A stretch of DNA of 64,000 nt from Felis catus (Eukaryota), in assembly GCF_018350175.1 (NCBI RefSeq), contig NC_058368.1:81594001-81658000 (forward strand), in the 5' to 3' direction. The position numbers were made by a program, and so were the translations under genes. Each line of letters opens with the position of its first letter. Within the stretch, counting starts at the first letter, position 1. Below are positions 61,810 to 64,000 of this stretch, in pieces. A model generated the notes under the pieces. That model was not told the DNA's origin, made no database searches, and saw nothing but the letters and a program-made list of their open reading frames with translations.

Positions 61810-63500
61810 AAATGTGAGGGAAAAAATGGTTTCTTTTGTAAAATCAAAAAAGAAGCTCACCGTATACCACACAACACATGCAAAAATTAACTTGACTACA
61901 TCACAGTAAGAGTAAAACATAAGTAAAACATAACACTCTTACAGGAAAAAAACCAACAGAAGAGATCTTTGTGACTCTAACTCAGATAGAGTTCTTACAT
62001 AATATAACAAAATTCTGACCCATTAAAAAATGTGTTAAACGTGGGGCCCTGGCTGGCTCCATCAGTGGAGTGTGTGACTCTTGATTTCTGGGTTGTGAGT
62101 TTGAGTCCCACACTGGGTGTAGAGATTACTTAAAAATAAAATCTTTTTTGGGGGCGCCTAGGTGGCTCAGTCGGTTAAGCGTCCGACTTCAGCTCAGGTC
62201 ACGATCTCGCGGTCTGTGAGTTTGAGCCCCGCGTCGGGCTCTGGGCTGATGGCTCAGAGCCTGGAGCCTGTTTCCGATTCTGTGTCTCCCTCTCTCTCTG
62301 CCCCTCCCCCATTCATGCTCTGTCTCTCTCTGTCTCAAAAATAAATAAACATTAAAAAAAATTTTTTTTAATAAAAAAATAAAAAATAAATAAAATAAAA
62401 TCTTTTTTGGGGCGCTGGGTGGCTCAGTCAGTTAAGCGTCCGACTTCCAACTCAGGTCATGATCTCATGATTTGTGGGTTCAAGCCCCACATCGCGTTCT
62501 GTGCTGACAGCTCAGAGCCTGGGGCCTGCTTAGGATTATGTGTCTCCCTCTCTCTACCCCTCCCTCACTCATGGTCTGTCTCTCTGTCTCTCTCAAAAAT
62601 AAATAAACAGTAAAAAAAATTTTTTTTAATATAATAAATAAAATCTTTTTTTAAAAAAATGTGATAAACGGGACTTCATCCAAGATTAAACTTCTGCTCT
62701 GCAAAGGACACTGTTAAGAGAATGAAAATACTGAGGAAATATTTGCAAAACACAACAAAGGACCTGAATCCAAATTATAGGGAGAGAGGTCTGAAAACTC
62801 AATAAGGAGGGGGGCAGGGAATACCCAATAAAAAACATAGCGTAAAAATGTTAAACAGACAATCAGCACGAAGGTGAACGGCACAGAAATAGATGACGTT
62901 AGCCATCAGGGAAACTCAAGTTAAGACCACGATAAGACACCCTTATTCATCTATCCGAACTGCTGAATGAAACAGACCACCAGCACCCAGGCCGGGTGTC
63001 CCGTACACTGGCCGGGGACAGAGGTGGGGGTGGGGGGGGGCGGTGCATGAAGCTGCACAGGCACTCTGGAAACATTCTGGCAGTTTCTTTAAAAGCTGAG
63101 CATACACTTTTCATGTGACCTAGCAGTCCCACTTGTATCTATTCCAGAGAAATGAAACTTAGGGTGACATAAACCTCTGTACGTGAATGTTTGCAGCCGC
63201 GTTCCCTAGGACTCCCCGTGACCGCCAGAGCCCAGGACCCGTGCAGACACCCCCGCTATGTGCAGGGACAAGTAAGCCACAGGGCGTCCGTGCAGTGGAA
63301 CGCAGCTCTGCAGTGAAATGGAGTCACCTACTAACACATGCGGCACCACTAGTGAATCGCAGAAGCATCAGCAAAGTGAAAGCGGCCAGTCTCAAGAGCA
63401 CACACGGTATGATTCATCTACACGATATTCTGAAAAAGGCAACACAGAACAATCTAGAACAGAGGACGGCTGCCAGAGGCAAAATAGCAACACAGAGGAA
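61810..63500 (+). mobile_element. Old L1 ORF2 end/3' UTR remnant hosting the SINE stack
   Basis: ggacttcatccaagattaaacttctgctctgcaaaggacactgttaag...tggcagtttcttt motifs. Confidence 0.8.
62043..62650 (+). mobile_element. Three stacked CAN-SINEs (62043-62149 short; 62150-62392; 62409-62635)
   Basis: Motif aaataaaatctttttt follows each element; outer TSD ttaaaaaatgtg(t/a)taaacg. Confidence 0.92.
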
Positions 63501-63689
63501 GCAGTTGTGAAATGTTTTTAAAACTATTAAATATTTAAAAACTAGGCCAGATACCAGATGGAGCTAGTCAGGGATCAATAAACACAACAACACAACAAAC
63601 ACAAGTTAGAATTCACGAGGAAGAATGGCACTCTTCCCATAATTAGTCCTCAAATTGATGGAGCGCCAAGTGTTAATCCGTATAAACTT

Positions 63690-63950
63690 TGAGTCCCACA
63701 CCTAGACAAAGTTTCAGAGCACAACAGCAAAATTTACATAGAGCGGAATTTCAGAACATAAAAGACAAAGAGAAGATCCTATGAGCTGCCAGATGGAGCT
63801 TCAAAGGAGTAAGAATCAGTTTAACGGCAGATTCTCATCAGTGAAGGAATGAACACCTTCCAAGTGGACGGAAGGAAAATCACTTCAAACTTTCCGTATC
63901 TGATTGATGATTTAGGAGATGAGGCTCTTAAGCACTTATCCAGGCCAGCA
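63690..63950 (+). mobile_element. Old L1 ORF1-region remnant
   Basis: aatttcagaacataaaagacaaagagaagatcct...gaatcag...cagattctcatcag. Confidence 0.65.
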
Positions 63951-64000
63951 AATCCTGTTGAATCCATTTCTCACGGTGTGTCCCCACACGCCCATTCCAC

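Noticed and set aside
60427..64000. Search for exon 1 and the promoter CpG island
   Set aside because: Only repeats and intronic sequence; exon 1 lies beyond the right edge

Overview
Mammalian genomic DNA from a carnivore, almost certainly a felid (near-consensus SINEC_Fc CAN-SINEs, L1_Fc 3' ends). The whole window lies inside one minus-strand gene, TUBGCP3 (gamma-tubulin complex component 3). I mapped 20 internal coding exons by hand (exons 2-21, numbered from my recollection of the human structure; 2489 nt). All have GT-AG boundaries and continuous phase. Exon 1 lies beyond the right edge and the last exon beyond the left edge. The introns hold about 33 CAN-SINEs, young and old L1 fragments, L2/MIR remnants, hAT DNA-transposon relics and a few tandem repeats. 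The other ORFs in the track are repeat or GC artefacts. I see no new multi-gene system. The most notable items are retrotransposition oddities: a tailless 33-nt U2 snRNA 5' retrocopy with TSDs, antisense in intron 9; a SINE with an apparent 3' transduction; a triple nested SINE stack; a 59-bp young L1 stub; inverted SINE pairs flanking exons; and strong exon-to-exon GC3 mosaicism.
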